Positions 29,132 to 37,976 are shown, counted from the first letter of the stretch. The stretch: 64,000 bases of DNA from Deltaproteobacteria bacterium (GCA_016937155.1 JAFGWM010000032.1:107422-171421), one strand, 5' to 3'. Translations and numbers: made by a program. Notes: generated by a model from the sequence alone, not told the origin.

Positions 29132-30100
29132 TTATTCGACATCCTCTTCAATGATCATCTCACTGCACTGGTTATGAAGCGCCTGATTGAGTTTATTCTG
29201 GAATAATTCAAAACTGTTTATCCCTCTTTGTTTGAGCAACTGATCCCTTGCTGCCACCTCAATAATTGTACCAAGAGATCTTCCTGGTCTGACTGGTAGT
29301 ATAACCAGTGGAAGTGTAATACCAAGAATTTCTTCCGAATGATCATCATTTCCCAGCCTGTCATACTCTTTATGACCATCCCATTCTTCAAGCTGAATTA
29401 CAATTTCAATTTTTTTCTTGTCTCTTACACTTGCAGGTCCGAAAAGATCAGGAATGTTAATTATCCCCAGTCCTCTGATTTCCATATGATGTTTTATTAC
29501 CGGAATACCTCTTCCGTCAAGAACATCAGGGTGATGCTTAAGTATTTCAACAGTGTCATCTGCAACAAGTCGGTGTCCCCGGGTTATAAGTTCCAGAGCC
29601 GCCTCACTTTTTCCAATACCGCTGGGACCTGTCAGAAGTACTCCTATTCCGAGGACTTCCACAAGTACACCATGAATTCTGGTTATTTCTCTGGTGTGTT
29701 CATCAATGAAAAGATCAAGATTATCAAGGAAATCTCCTGTTCTCAGACCTGATGAAAGAACAGGAATATTGTTATCTCTCGCCATTTTCAGAAGTATTTC
29801 AGGTACTCCCTGATTTTTTGTGACAATTATACATGCTGGTTCAGTTTCCACCAGAAGCCTGCAGGCACTTTCCAGTAGAGCATTATTCAGATTTTCAAGA
29901 TATGAAATTTCAGTGAATCCAAGGATAACAATACCATTTTGGTATTTATCCTTAACATCAACACCTGTAAGCATCAGGCCAGCTTTAAAATATCTTGAAG
30001 AGGAGAGATCCTGCCATAAACCTTCTGAGCCCTCAAGAAGACAAATTTTCAGTGATTCACTTCCATGATCAAGTAGTTCTTTGACTGTTAATCTGCTCAT
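29132..30100 (-). CDS. hprK: HPr kinase/phosphorylase.
   Basis: ..HGVLVEVLGIGVLLTGPSGIGKSEAALELITRGHRLVADDTVE.. Walker A and the HprK signature. First gene of the hprK-rapZ-ptsH-ptsI operon. Confidence 0.9.
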   Translation of the reverse strand: MSRLTVKELLDHGSESLKICLLEGSEGLWQDLSSSRYFKAGLMLTGVDVKDKYQNGIVILGFTEISYLENLNNALLESACRLLVETEPACIIVTKNQGVPEILLKMARDNNIPVLSSGLRTGDFLDNLDLFIDEHTREITRIHGVLVEVLGIGVLLTGPSGIGKSEAALELITRGHRLVADDTVEILKHHPDVLDGRGIPVIKHHMEIRGLGIINIPDLFGPASVRDKKKIEIVIQLEEWDGHKEYDRLGNDDHSEEILGITLPLVILPVRPGRSLGTIIEVAARDQLLKQRGINSFELFQNKLNQALHNQCSEMIIEEDVE

Positions 30101-30172
30101 TAAAAACTCCAGTTTGATATTAATGTATCATTGTCCCCGGGGAAAATAAATGGGTAACTTGTGTTTTGGAAT

Positions 30173-30205
30173 TTGACATTTATACCACATTGTAGTACAT
30201 TGTAG
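30173..30205 (+). promoter_or_regulatory. Candidate sigma70-type promoter (TTGACA-17-TACATT) overlapping a tandem 9-nt direct repeat (ACATTGTAG-t-ACATTGTAG), upstream of the PilZ gene.
   Basis: TTGACA at 30173-30178 and TACATT at 30196-30201. The direct repeats at 30187-30195 and 30197-30205 have a 10-bp periodicity. Confidence 0.35.
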
Positions 30206-30209
30206 GTAA

Positions 30210-30584
30210 ATGAGGTTGAGTATGAGTGATAAAATGCTGAGTCAATTTCCATTTGATAGAAGAAAAGAAAAAAGAATTCCGATAGTAGTCAGTGTTATTG
30301 AGCGAAATTCCTCCGGAAAAATAATTTGTCTGGCAACGGATATCAGTTTTTCCGGGATGGCTTTGAAAAGAGCAGGAGATAGTCTTCACGAAAACAGAGT
30401 TGTTTTGGAATTTTCACTTCCTGGAATAGGAGATGTGTTAAAAATTCCTTCAACTCTGATAAGGGTTGATGAAAATGAAGGAACAAAACAGCAAAGTGTT
30501 GCAGTTTTCGATTGTGTTCCCTCTTATCTGAAAGAGTGGATTGATACTTTTTCGAGATTTTCCGGAATTGCCTATATGACATGA
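30210..30584 (+). CDS. PilZ-domain (c-di-GMP-binding) protein. The likely start is the ATG at 30222, which has a GAGG RBS.
   Basis: RxxxR motif (DRRKEKR) near the N-terminus and a DxSxxG motif (DISFSGMAL). Confidence 0.55.
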   Translation: MRLSMSDKMLSQFPFDRRKEKRIPIVVSVIERNSSGKIICLATDISFSGMALKRAGDSLHENRVVLEFSLPGIGDVLKIPSTLIRVDENEGTKQQSVAVFDCVPSYLKEWIDTFSRFSGIAYMT

Positions 30585-30696
30585 TGTGTTTGGTGTTTTG
30601 ACTTTTCTTTTTAAAATTCAGTTTGATAATTTTTAAGAAATGGTGTTTAAAATGGTTTGCACAGTGTGCTGTGTATAACCCTCAGGAGGAGAAAGA

Positions 30697-31809
30697 ATGT
30701 TTCAAAAATCAAGGATATTGTCTGTAGCAGCTCTTTTACTCATGACCTTTATTTTTGCATCAGGCTGCAAAAAGAAGACACCCATAGCAAAAGAGGGTGA
30801 AAAATGCGGAAAAGATATTAAATGTGTAAAAGGCACGAAATGTTATTACGGAGTTTGTGAAGACTTGAGCGGTAATAACCCCGATTGCCAGTTTTTAGGG
30901 AAAGCTTCCAAGGCAATTATGGAGAGTAATCCCAAGGAACTACTCAAGGGAAAGAATTTTGACTATGATATTGATACTATTACAGCTATTCCCAGTGCGG
31001 CAGCAACCATATATAAAGCATTCGGTAATGGATTAAGCAAAACTCAGTGTAAAAGAATAACTCAGTGTGAACTTCCTAAACTTGGTGTTGGATACAGTTG
31101 GTACTGGACCAGATCTGTTTTCAATGAAACAAAGAAGGCTCCAGCGAATGCGAAAAAATTATCGGCGGATGCAGTTGAAATAATCAGTGTATCAGCTGAA
31201 CAGGCATCCATGGGTGAAGATCCCAAGATGTTCCCGCCCATTAAAATAAAACAGATGCAGCAGCATCGTATTGGTTGTCGTGCCAAAGTTAAAGTTCGTG
31301 TTAAAGAAGAATTTGCAGGATTTGTTACTTTCCATTTCTGGAAAAATAAAAACTGTAAATTTGTTGAAGCTGAAAAAGGAGTAAAAGACTCAAAAGCAGG
31401 CTTTAAATGTGATGGTGTTGAAAAACTTTCTCATCCCTACTACACATATACAACTTATCTTTATCCCTTCAAAAGCAATCAACTGGCAAAGGATAAAAAA
31501 TCAAAGGAGAAGGTAACTTATCTGACTGGAAATCCTGGAACCTATCTTATTGATGTATGGGCATATAATCCGATTGATGAAAACAAGTTTGGTGAACACA
31601 AACAGTTTGATTCTGAGGAAGTTATGAAGAAATATCCTGATCTTATCTACTGTCCCAAATACAGAACTGACCCCTTTAACAATGGTTGTGGATGTATTGG
31701 CTTTGCTAAAAATAAGGTAACAGTAACTGTAGATCCCGATCCTTTCTATCTTCCTCTTGATGAAGATAAATGTGCAAAAATGGCTCCTCAGAAGACTGAA
31801 TCGAAATAG
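30697..31809 (+). CDS. Cys-rich secreted lipoprotein, hypothetical (370 aa).
   Basis: Signal peptide plus lipobox (FASGC). Many Cys residues in the mature part. GGAGGAG RBS. No recognised domain. Confidence 0.5.
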   Translation: MFQKSRILSVAALLLMTFIFASGCKKKTPIAKEGEKCGKDIKCVKGTKCYYGVCEDLSGNNPDCQFLGKASKAIMESNPKELLKGKNFDYDIDTITAIPSAAATIYKAFGNGLSKTQCKRITQCELPKLGVGYSWYWTRSVFNETKKAPANAKKLSADAVEIISVSAEQASMGEDPKMFPPIKIKQMQQHRIGCRAKVKVRVKEEFAGFVTFHFWKNKNCKFVEAEKGVKDSKAGFKCDGVEKLSHPYYTYTTYLYPFKSNQLAKDKKSKEKVTYLTGNPGTYLIDVWAYNPIDENKFGEHKQFDSEEVMKKYPDLIYCPKYRTDPFNNGCGCIGFAKNKVTVTVDPDPFYLPLDEDKCAKMAPQKTESK

Positions 31810-31828
31810 TATACAGTATTGTCCGGCA

Positions 31829-33241
31829 TCAGTCGGAATAAAGAGTATTCAGTAAAAAATGTGAAAATTCGGGGTAGCTGCAGTATGCCTGCAGGAGTTC
31901 AATATGAAATGAATTTTTCATATTTATAATGAGTTTATTATATTTATCCGGGGGTTTACCGGTTATTCGTCCATCCCTTGTCTGGTAATAGTAAGGATTT
32001 CCATCATCAGGGAGGATTTCACCGGAAATAACCTGAATATTTTTAATATTTTTAATTTTCAGATTGTTATTTACCCAAGTCTCATATTTATTCCAGACAG
32101 GGTTAAATTCTTTCATTCTCAGTGTGTAAAAATTCAGTTTTTCAGGAAGAATCAGTTGGTATTCTTCAGATATTTTGCAGACGTTTCTGAGAATATCCAC
32201 CATGTGAGGAGATATAAAACTAATATTTATTCCATGGGTTGAAGGATTATCAACAGTGGCAAATTCCAGTTGTTTTTTGAGACATACTGAAATCTTTTGG
32301 GTGTTTCCCAATGACATTGGTATGAGTTGCTGTCTTTTAAGGTCATTAATATATCCGGCTTCTGTAAGTTTTATAAGATAAAAAAATGACGTTTTGTAGG
32401 ATTCTATACTTGAAATATTTTTGCTGAAACCAGACATTTGATGGAGAAATGATTCAATAAAATCATCAATAAAGTGCTGGAGTTCATTTTTAAGAGTATT
32501 TATTTCGATTGCAGAATCCATGGGTTTATCTGAAAAGAATCGGGATTTATCTATAGTTATCTCAAGATAGGGATAGACACTGCGGACTCTTTTCATAAAC
32601 ACACTGTTACACCTGAATCTTATCCATGTTTCCGGATTTGATTTTAAAGTAACTGATACATGATAGTTACTGTCAGTGTACGTTTTCCGGAGAAAGTTAA
32701 TTTCGTTTCTCAGGTGGGGTGAAATATGAACGCCGTTTAGATACACCGGTGTTTTAGAATATCCAAAATATGTTGATAAAAAATTCTGTAATTCCTCACG
32801 GGAAAAATCAATTTTTGCCCTCTCAATAATCAGGGTTACCATTGTACCATCATGGTCGTGGTTATTCTCTGAAACTGTCCAGTGAAAATCGCTGTAAATA
32901 TTAAGAGTTAGAGAAGTATCCAGATATCTTGTATTTAAAATCAACTGTTTGAAGGGGGTAATAAGGATATTAAAAAAACCATATCCATCACCATCACACA
33001 TAAAACTTTTTTCAAAAGGTAGGGATTCTTCTGAATCCAGAAGAAGTCTTTTGATATTTTCAAGAGATATACCGGTTCCGTAATCCGAGACGGATACAAT
33101 TATCAACTCAGGAGTGAAATCAACTTCAACATCTACCCTCTGGGAAAAGGATTTACATCCATTTAATACAAGATGTTTTATGAAATCCATATGTTCAGTA
33201 CTTTTTTTCTTTGAAATATTTTCAGAAGAAAATTTATTCAT
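31829..33241 (-). CDS. Hypothetical protein with an N-terminal GHKL/HATPase_c-like ATP-binding fold (470 aa). Gene 4 of the four-gene operon.
   Basis: N-box-like ..KHLVLNGCKS.., G1-box-like ..IIVSVSDYGTGISLENIKRL.. and G2-box-like ..CDGDGYGFF.., in Bergerat-fold order. The start overlaps the upstream gene's stop by 8 nt. Confidence 0.45.
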   Translation of the reverse strand: MNKFSSENISKKKSTEHMDFIKHLVLNGCKSFSQRVDVEVDFTPELIIVSVSDYGTGISLENIKRLLLDSEESLPFEKSFMCDGDGYGFFNILITPFKQLILNTRYLDTSLTLNIYSDFHWTVSENNHDHDGTMVTLIIERAKIDFSREELQNFLSTYFGYSKTPVYLNGVHISPHLRNEINFLRKTYTDSNYHVSVTLKSNPETWIRFRCNSVFMKRVRSVYPYLEITIDKSRFFSDKPMDSAIEINTLKNELQHFIDDFIESFLHQMSGFSKNISSIESYKTSFFYLIKLTEAGYINDLKRQQLIPMSLGNTQKISVCLKKQLEFATVDNPSTHGINISFISPHMVDILRNVCKISEEYQLILPEKLNFYTLRMKEFNPVWNKYETWVNNNLKIKNIKNIQVISGEILPDDGNPYYYQTRDGRITGKPPDKYNKLIINMKNSFHIELLQAYCSYPEFSHFLLNTLYSD

Positions 33242-34877
33242 ATCCTTCTTCCATCAGAAGTTTTCGTGCATTCAGTTCAATAATAATCTGCTCCTTCATG
33301 AAATTTGTTTTTTCCTGGATTTCATGCTCACCAGCCAGAACCTTAAACTGATAAAATGATGATAATTCATCAGAAACTATTTTCTCGTCGATTTTTATTC
33401 GGTTTTCTCTGACCAGGGCCACTCTCTGATCATAACTTGATTTAAAAAATCCATCAGGCCAGTCGAAATCCTCCATAGTTCCAATAAGTCTTCTGCAAAT
33501 ATTTGCAACATCTCTACCGGAAAGACTGTATTCAATACACTGTTTTCCTATTTTATCCCATGATTCATCACTCAATTGCAGAGAAGGGAAATATTCCTTT
33601 CCAAGTAAAATGTCTCTTATCAGATAAATATAGTCTTCAGGAGTTTCAGGGCCTTTGACAGTATGGGGTGATTGAGAAAGACGTGAAATTGTAGCCTCAT
33701 CCATTTGCATATAATTAGCATCACAGATAAGAGCCCATTGTCCATTGAAGGGAAGGACAGTCCCATCAAAAAGACCAAATGCTGTTCCCAGAATACTTTT
33801 TTCTTCTTCTCTGAGTTCACCGGATGATCTTGACGAAAAAGCAGTATCAATATCCGGCCAGTAGTAAATGACAACTCCGTTGTAATCACGAAGTTGACTT
33901 TCAAAACGTTCAAGAAGTGCAGTGGCGCTTGCATTCTGGTAACTGCTGGCCCAGTCAGTTCTTCTGATGGTTACAAATCTGCTTTCCAGACCTGCTTCAT
34001 CAGCCTTTTCCAGAAGGTAATTCCCCAGAGCATTTGCAGTGACTGTTTTTCCGCAACCTGGTCTGCCAAGTCCGAAAAGTATCTGATTAAATTTTTTAGG
34101 ATTTTTTCCAGTTGAAGGATCAAATCCTGTAAGGTCTCTAACCAGTTTTACTCCAGCATCCAGATATTCTCTGTTTCCAATGATATCAGTTATTGCCACA
34201 TTGAGTATATTCTCAGAACCTGAAATTTTATGCACTGTTGAAAATGGAGTGAAACAGTAATCTTCATAGTCTATTTTCAATTCCTTTAACTTGCGGTTTG
34301 AAGAAATGTTCCTGGGATCTCCTGATATCAACTCAATGCTGTCAGATAGAAGATGAAAATATCCACATACGGCTTTTTCCATCTCATATATGTTCGAAAT
34401 TCTGTCCTTTTTTAAAAATAAAACCAGATCTTTACATATTGAGGAGTGTATTTCATTGTTACCGAACAACTCTTTTACTTCTGCCGGTTTAAATGTATTT
34501 TTTGTCCTGACTGAAAACCGGGTTATTTCATCAAGTTTATTACTGCCCCATCTTGATGAACAGCCTATTCCAAATAATATACTGCTCCAGGTTTTTTCTC
34601 CTGAATAATCATCCGCAAAAGAAATCAGGGTGCTGGTGATTGCCAAAATTCTTTCTATAATACCAATAAGCTGCAGAGTATGTTCTCCAGTACCCCATGG
34701 ACTTTTTTCAATCTCATTGAATATCCTGTTTAACCCTGATTCTTTTATTGCATCCCGGACTTCATCAATGATTATTTCGAGATGCTCATCTTTTATTTGA
34801 TAATGGTGTGAAATCATGTTTCCCCTGTGAGTGGATAATATGACAATGCGGGAATTCCTTATGGAAATGTCTTTCAA
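33234..34877 (-). CDS. P-loop NTPase (547 aa, Walker A in the middle). Gene 3 of the four-gene operon. The start is either 34877 or the internal ATG at 34817; both overlap gene 2.
   Basis: Walker A ..LFGLGRPGCGKTVTANALG.. and a candidate Walker B ..GVVIYYWPDIDTAF.. The roughly 260-aa N-terminal region is unknown. Confidence 0.5.
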   Translation of the reverse strand: MKDISIRNSRIVILSTHRGNMISHHYQIKDEHLEIIIDEVRDAIKESGLNRIFNEIEKSPWGTGEHTLQLIGIIERILAITSTLISFADDYSGEKTWSSILFGIGCSSRWGSNKLDEITRFSVRTKNTFKPAEVKELFGNNEIHSSICKDLVLFLKKDRISNIYEMEKAVCGYFHLLSDSIELISGDPRNISSNRKLKELKIDYEDYCFTPFSTVHKISGSENILNVAITDIIGNREYLDAGVKLVRDLTGFDPSTGKNPKKFNQILFGLGRPGCGKTVTANALGNYLLEKADEAGLESRFVTIRRTDWASSYQNASATALLERFESQLRDYNGVVIYYWPDIDTAFSSRSSGELREEEKSILGTAFGLFDGTVLPFNGQWALICDANYMQMDEATISRLSQSPHTVKGPETPEDYIYLIRDILLGKEYFPSLQLSDESWDKIGKQCIEYSLSGRDVANICRRLIGTMEDFDWPDGFFKSSYDQRVALVRENRIKIDEKIVSDELSSFYQFKVLAGEHEIQEKTNFMKEQIIIELNARKLLMEEGYE

Positions 34878-35751
34878 ATGTCATATTATCATTTCCAGTT
34901 ATGCTTAATCTTCGTTCATTGAAAAGAGCATAATTTTTCAACTTACGCTCCTGTCTGAAAATTTCCTGGGTTGATTTTGAATAATATTCGTCAGAATTGT
35001 GAATAAATGGATCCCTTAAAATATTATTTTTTTGATCCTTTATAGCCATTTCCAATGGTAAGTGCAGAACTGAAAGTTTTTCTGTGTTACCAAATTCGTA
35101 ATCTGATATTCTCATGTTTTCATCTGTAAGGGGACCGATCTGAGCTCTGGAAATTTGTTTTACTTTAAAATTATCGTTTGCTCCCAGGGAAAGCATGGCT
35201 ATTTCACTGTTTCCCTGACAGGAAATACAGATGATATTCTTAAGGTTTTCTGATGGAATCAATATATCACAATTGGAAAAGTAATGAGAATTACAGGGAA
35301 GTTCCATACTCACTGTATATCTTGTGTAAAGTTCATGTGAAAGACTGTACCTGTCAAGTATCACCAATATTTCAACAACAAATTTTGTAGTGTTCCTGAT
35401 GGGTATCAATTCAAAATTTAACCTGGAGGGAATATCCAGAGAAAGAAGTCCCGATACAAAACTGTCACTCCTCCAGTGGTCAGGAAAAGTTCCTGATTGA
35501 AAACCAGAGTTGAAAGTAGATTTGTAATTATTTAATCTTGTAACTTCTTTACCTGATGGAAGATTCGATTTTGAGTCAAAAGAAATTATAGAGTTATCAA
35601 ATGAACTGTTATCCAGTAATAGGATTTCAAGCATATTCAAAAAGCGGATAATTTCAGGGTAATATCTGCTGAGTTTTAAATTTTCAGTGAGACGGTATAA
35701 CACAGATAGATGATTTTTTTTTTTCTGACTTTCAAGTGTCAGTAGCGACAT
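34786..35751 (-). CDS. Hypothetical protein (321 aa). Gene 2 of the four-gene operon. Carries an A11 tract at codons 9-13.
   Basis: The ATG lies 1 nt after the gene 1 stop. No recognised motif. N-terminus MSLLTLESQKKKNH is encoded by cag-A11-t. Confidence 0.45.
   Translation of the reverse strand: MSLLTLESQKKKNHLSVLYRLTENLKLSRYYPEIIRFLNMLEILLLDNSSFDNSIISFDSKSNLPSGKEVTRLNNYKSTFNSGFQSGTFPDHWRSDSFVSGLLSLDIPSRLNFELIPIRNTTKFVVEILVILDRYSLSHELYTRYTVSMELPCNSHYFSNCDILIPSENLKNIICISCQGNSEIAMLSLGANDNFKVKQISRAQIGPLTDENMRISDYEFGNTEKLSVLHLPLEMAIKDQKNNILRDPFIHNSDEYYSKSTQEIFRQERKLKNYALFNERRLSITGNDNMTFERHFHKEFPHCHIIHSQGKHDFTPLSNKR
35714..35724 (-). repeat. Homopolymeric A11 (T11 on the plus strand) within the first 13 codons of the 34786-35751 gene. 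The longest mononucleotide run I found in the window.
   Basis: Plus strand reads gatga-ttttttttttt-ctgac. Other A/T runs in the window are 10 or fewer. Confidence 0.9.
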
Positions 35752-35752
35752 T

Positions 35753-36829
35753 TCAGATGGCTTCCTCAGTTTCAGATTTGGATTTTTCCATTTTTACTTT
35801 TTCAATAATCTGCTCAAGCTGTTGTTTTCTCAGTTGACGCTCCTGAGCAAGATTGTTTTCAACGACATCTTCTGTCTGCTGATCATAAACTCTCATATTA
35901 TCAGTTATACTTTCAACATTTTTAGTGAGAAACAGAGATGTTTCTGATGCTATCTGAGCAACTTTACTCATATTATCCTTAAGGGTTTCCATAGATTGAG
36001 TCAGTTCCAGAGTAAGTTCTCCTGCTTCCGCAAGTGTTGCAATTGCTGTTACATGCTGTCTGAGTTCATCAAGAACCATTTCAGCAGTTTCGCGAATTAT
36101 AGTCATATTGCCGTGAAGATTTACGCTTATTTCCAGAAAGTTACTATTCATCCTGATGATACTCTGAAGTCTGTCCTGAGCATTATTGAAAAGTCTGAGA
36201 CGCTGGCCATTTTCCCAGATTAGATTTTCAAGTTTTCCAATCTCAAGATCCAGAGCACGAAATTCTTCAGAATTTTTATCATCAATAGTTTCGGTTTCAG
36301 CCTTTATTTCAGCAAGATGATTCTGAAGATCCTCGATCAGAGTGAATGTTAATTTTCTGTTTTTAGCTGCATCAAGAAGTTTTTCACGGAGTATCTCCTG
36401 ATCCTGCCGAAGACTTTTCATAGCCTCCTCAACTTTTTTAAGATAAGTGTCTACTTCTCTGGTTCTTTTATCAGCTGATTCAACTCTTTCCTCCAGAAGA
36501 TCTCCTAGAGGTTTTTCTCTGAATGGTCTGCCTACAAGTGGAATCTTTCCCAGAATACCTCTGAATCCTCTGGAAACAGATCCTTTCTTTCCAGAGGTCA
36601 TGGTTCTGATTTCATCCATCATTGTTCTCTGTTTTGCGAGTTCTTCATTCATCTCACCGGCGAGTTTATCATGTTCATTTTTTAAGGATTTTAGATCACT
36701 AACATGATTTTCATGTCTGTTTCTATAGGTTGATACAAGATCTTTGACACCTTCTCTGGTATAGTTTTTTCCATCATATTCCACAGTTTTCTTTTCAAAT
36801 TCAGCTGTTTTGTCCTGAATGGTGCTCAT
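35753..36829 (-). CDS. Coiled-coil protein (358 aa), tentatively TelA (toxic anion resistance)-like. Gene 1 of the four-gene operon.
   Basis: Predicted helical, heptad-rich sequence along its whole length (..LAEIKAETETIDDKNSEEFRALDLEIGKLENLIWENGQRL..TLAEAGELTLELTQSMETLKDNMSKV..). The TelA assignment is from recollection of the overall architecture, not a motif match. Confidence 0.4.
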   Translation of the reverse strand: MSTIQDKTAEFEKKTVEYDGKNYTREGVKDLVSTYRNRHENHVSDLKSLKNEHDKLAGEMNEELAKQRTMMDEIRTMTSGKKGSVSRGFRGILGKIPLVGRPFREKPLGDLLEERVESADKRTREVDTYLKKVEEAMKSLRQDQEILREKLLDAAKNRKLTFTLIEDLQNHLAEIKAETETIDDKNSEEFRALDLEIGKLENLIWENGQRLRLFNNAQDRLQSIIRMNSNFLEISVNLHGNMTIIRETAEMVLDELRQHVTAIATLAEAGELTLELTQSMETLKDNMSKVAQIASETSLFLTKNVESITDNMRVYDQQTEDVVENNLAQERQLRKQQLEQIIEKVKMEKSKSETEEAI

Positions 36830-36917
36830 GTTTATATCTCCTTATAAATCAGTAATACGGATTTAATGAAAAAACAACTTATCAGTCAATAACTGTTGAA
36901 TAAAATATATGGAATCT

Positions 36918-36934
36918 ATGGTTTTCAGAACCAT
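36918..36934. promoter_or_regulatory. Inverted repeat ATGGTT-ttcag-AACCAT, a candidate operator, followed by a perfect TTGACA hexamer. Lies between the four-gene operon and the divergent ArsR-family gene.
   Basis: The 6-bp arms are perfect reverse complements. TTGACA is at 36935-36940. Roughly 20-50 bp upstream of the arsR-like start. Confidence 0.3.
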
Positions 36935-36952
36935 TGACAAAACAGTTTTTCA

Positions 36953-37270
36953 ATGGCTCCATATGTACAAGGAAATTATAAAATGAGTAATTTTGATTAT
37001 CTGGACTCCCAGTCTGCTGTTTTTAAGGCTCTTGGACATTCAGTAAGGTTGTATATTGTGATTCTTCTGAATGAAAAAGACTACTGTGTGCAGGAGATAA
37101 CTGAAAAAATTGGGTATGACATATCTACCATCTCAAGACATCTAACCATTCTTAAATCAACAGGAATTGTTGAATCCCGAAAAGAAGGAAATTGTATTTA
37201 CTATAGTCTGAAGGCACACTGTGTAATAGGTTTTTTAAAGTGTTTGTCAGGAATTGCCATGGACAGATAA
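36953..37270 (+). CDS. ArsR/SmtB-family HTH transcriptional regulator. The likely true start is the ATG at 36983.
   Basis: ..AVFKALGHSVRLYIVILLNEKDYCVQEITEKIGYDISTISRHLTILKSTGIVESRKEGNCIYYSL.. is the canonical ArsR winged-helix pattern. Confidence 0.7.
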   Translation: MAPYVQGNYKMSNFDYLDSQSAVFKALGHSVRLYIVILLNEKDYCVQEITEKIGYDISTISRHLTILKSTGIVESRKEGNCIYYSLKAHCVIGFLKCLSGIAMDR

Positions 37271-37465
37271 TTTTTTTAATGCTCATGTTATGCTTCAGGT
37301 TATGAAAATTTCAAAAAAAGGAATAAAAATAAGCAATGCAGGTGTGTTTGTGAATTATAAAAAGTCAATAAAATCAATTATGGGTAGAAAATACCCATGT
37401 TTTTGGGGTAATTTTTCCCAAAAAGGAATGATTTTCAGCTTGAGTATATAAAATTACTTTGTTAC

Positions 37466-37954
37466 GTGAATTATATCGAGAGAGGTTTCACAATGAACGC
37501 AGAATTTGCAATTGTTGACAGTATTGTTGAACAGACTGGAAAGGGTCAGGAAATGGCTATCCCGATACTCCAGAAAATTCAGGAGCATTTCAGATATCTA
37601 CCCATGGGTGCTCTGGAAAGAGTGTGTGAGGTTTCTGATATTACCCCTTCCCAGTTATATGGTGTAGCCACCTTCTACAGCCAGTTCAGGCTGCAGCCGG
37701 TTGGAGATATAATTATCAAGGTGTGTCATGGTACAGCATGCCATGTTGGTGGTGCCAAGACTCTTACTGAGACACTTGAAGATCATTTTGGTGTCAAGGA
37801 CGGAGAGACTACTCCTGATATGAAGTTTACTATCGAAAGTGTTGCGTGTGTGGGTTGTTGCTCTTTGGCCCCTGTTGTGGTGGTTGGAAGTGATACTTTC
37901 GGAAAACTGACGCCTAAAAAACTAGTTGAAACAATTGAAAAATATATAGAATAA
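37466..37954 (+). CDS. NuoE/HndA-like [2Fe-2S] thioredoxin-fold subunit (NADH dehydrogenase 24 kDa family). The likely start is the ATG at 37493.
   Basis: Cys motifs ..CHGTACHVGGA.. and ..CVGCCSLAPVVVVG.. Confidence 0.85.
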   Translation: MNYIERGFTMNAEFAIVDSIVEQTGKGQEMAIPILQKIQEHFRYLPMGALERVCEVSDITPSQLYGVATFYSQFRLQPVGDIIIKVCHGTACHVGGAKTLTETLEDHFGVKDGETTPDMKFTIESVACVGCCSLAPVVVVGSDTFGKLTPKKLVETIEKYIE

Positions 37955-37976
37955 TTAAAACTTCTGGAGGTAACCC

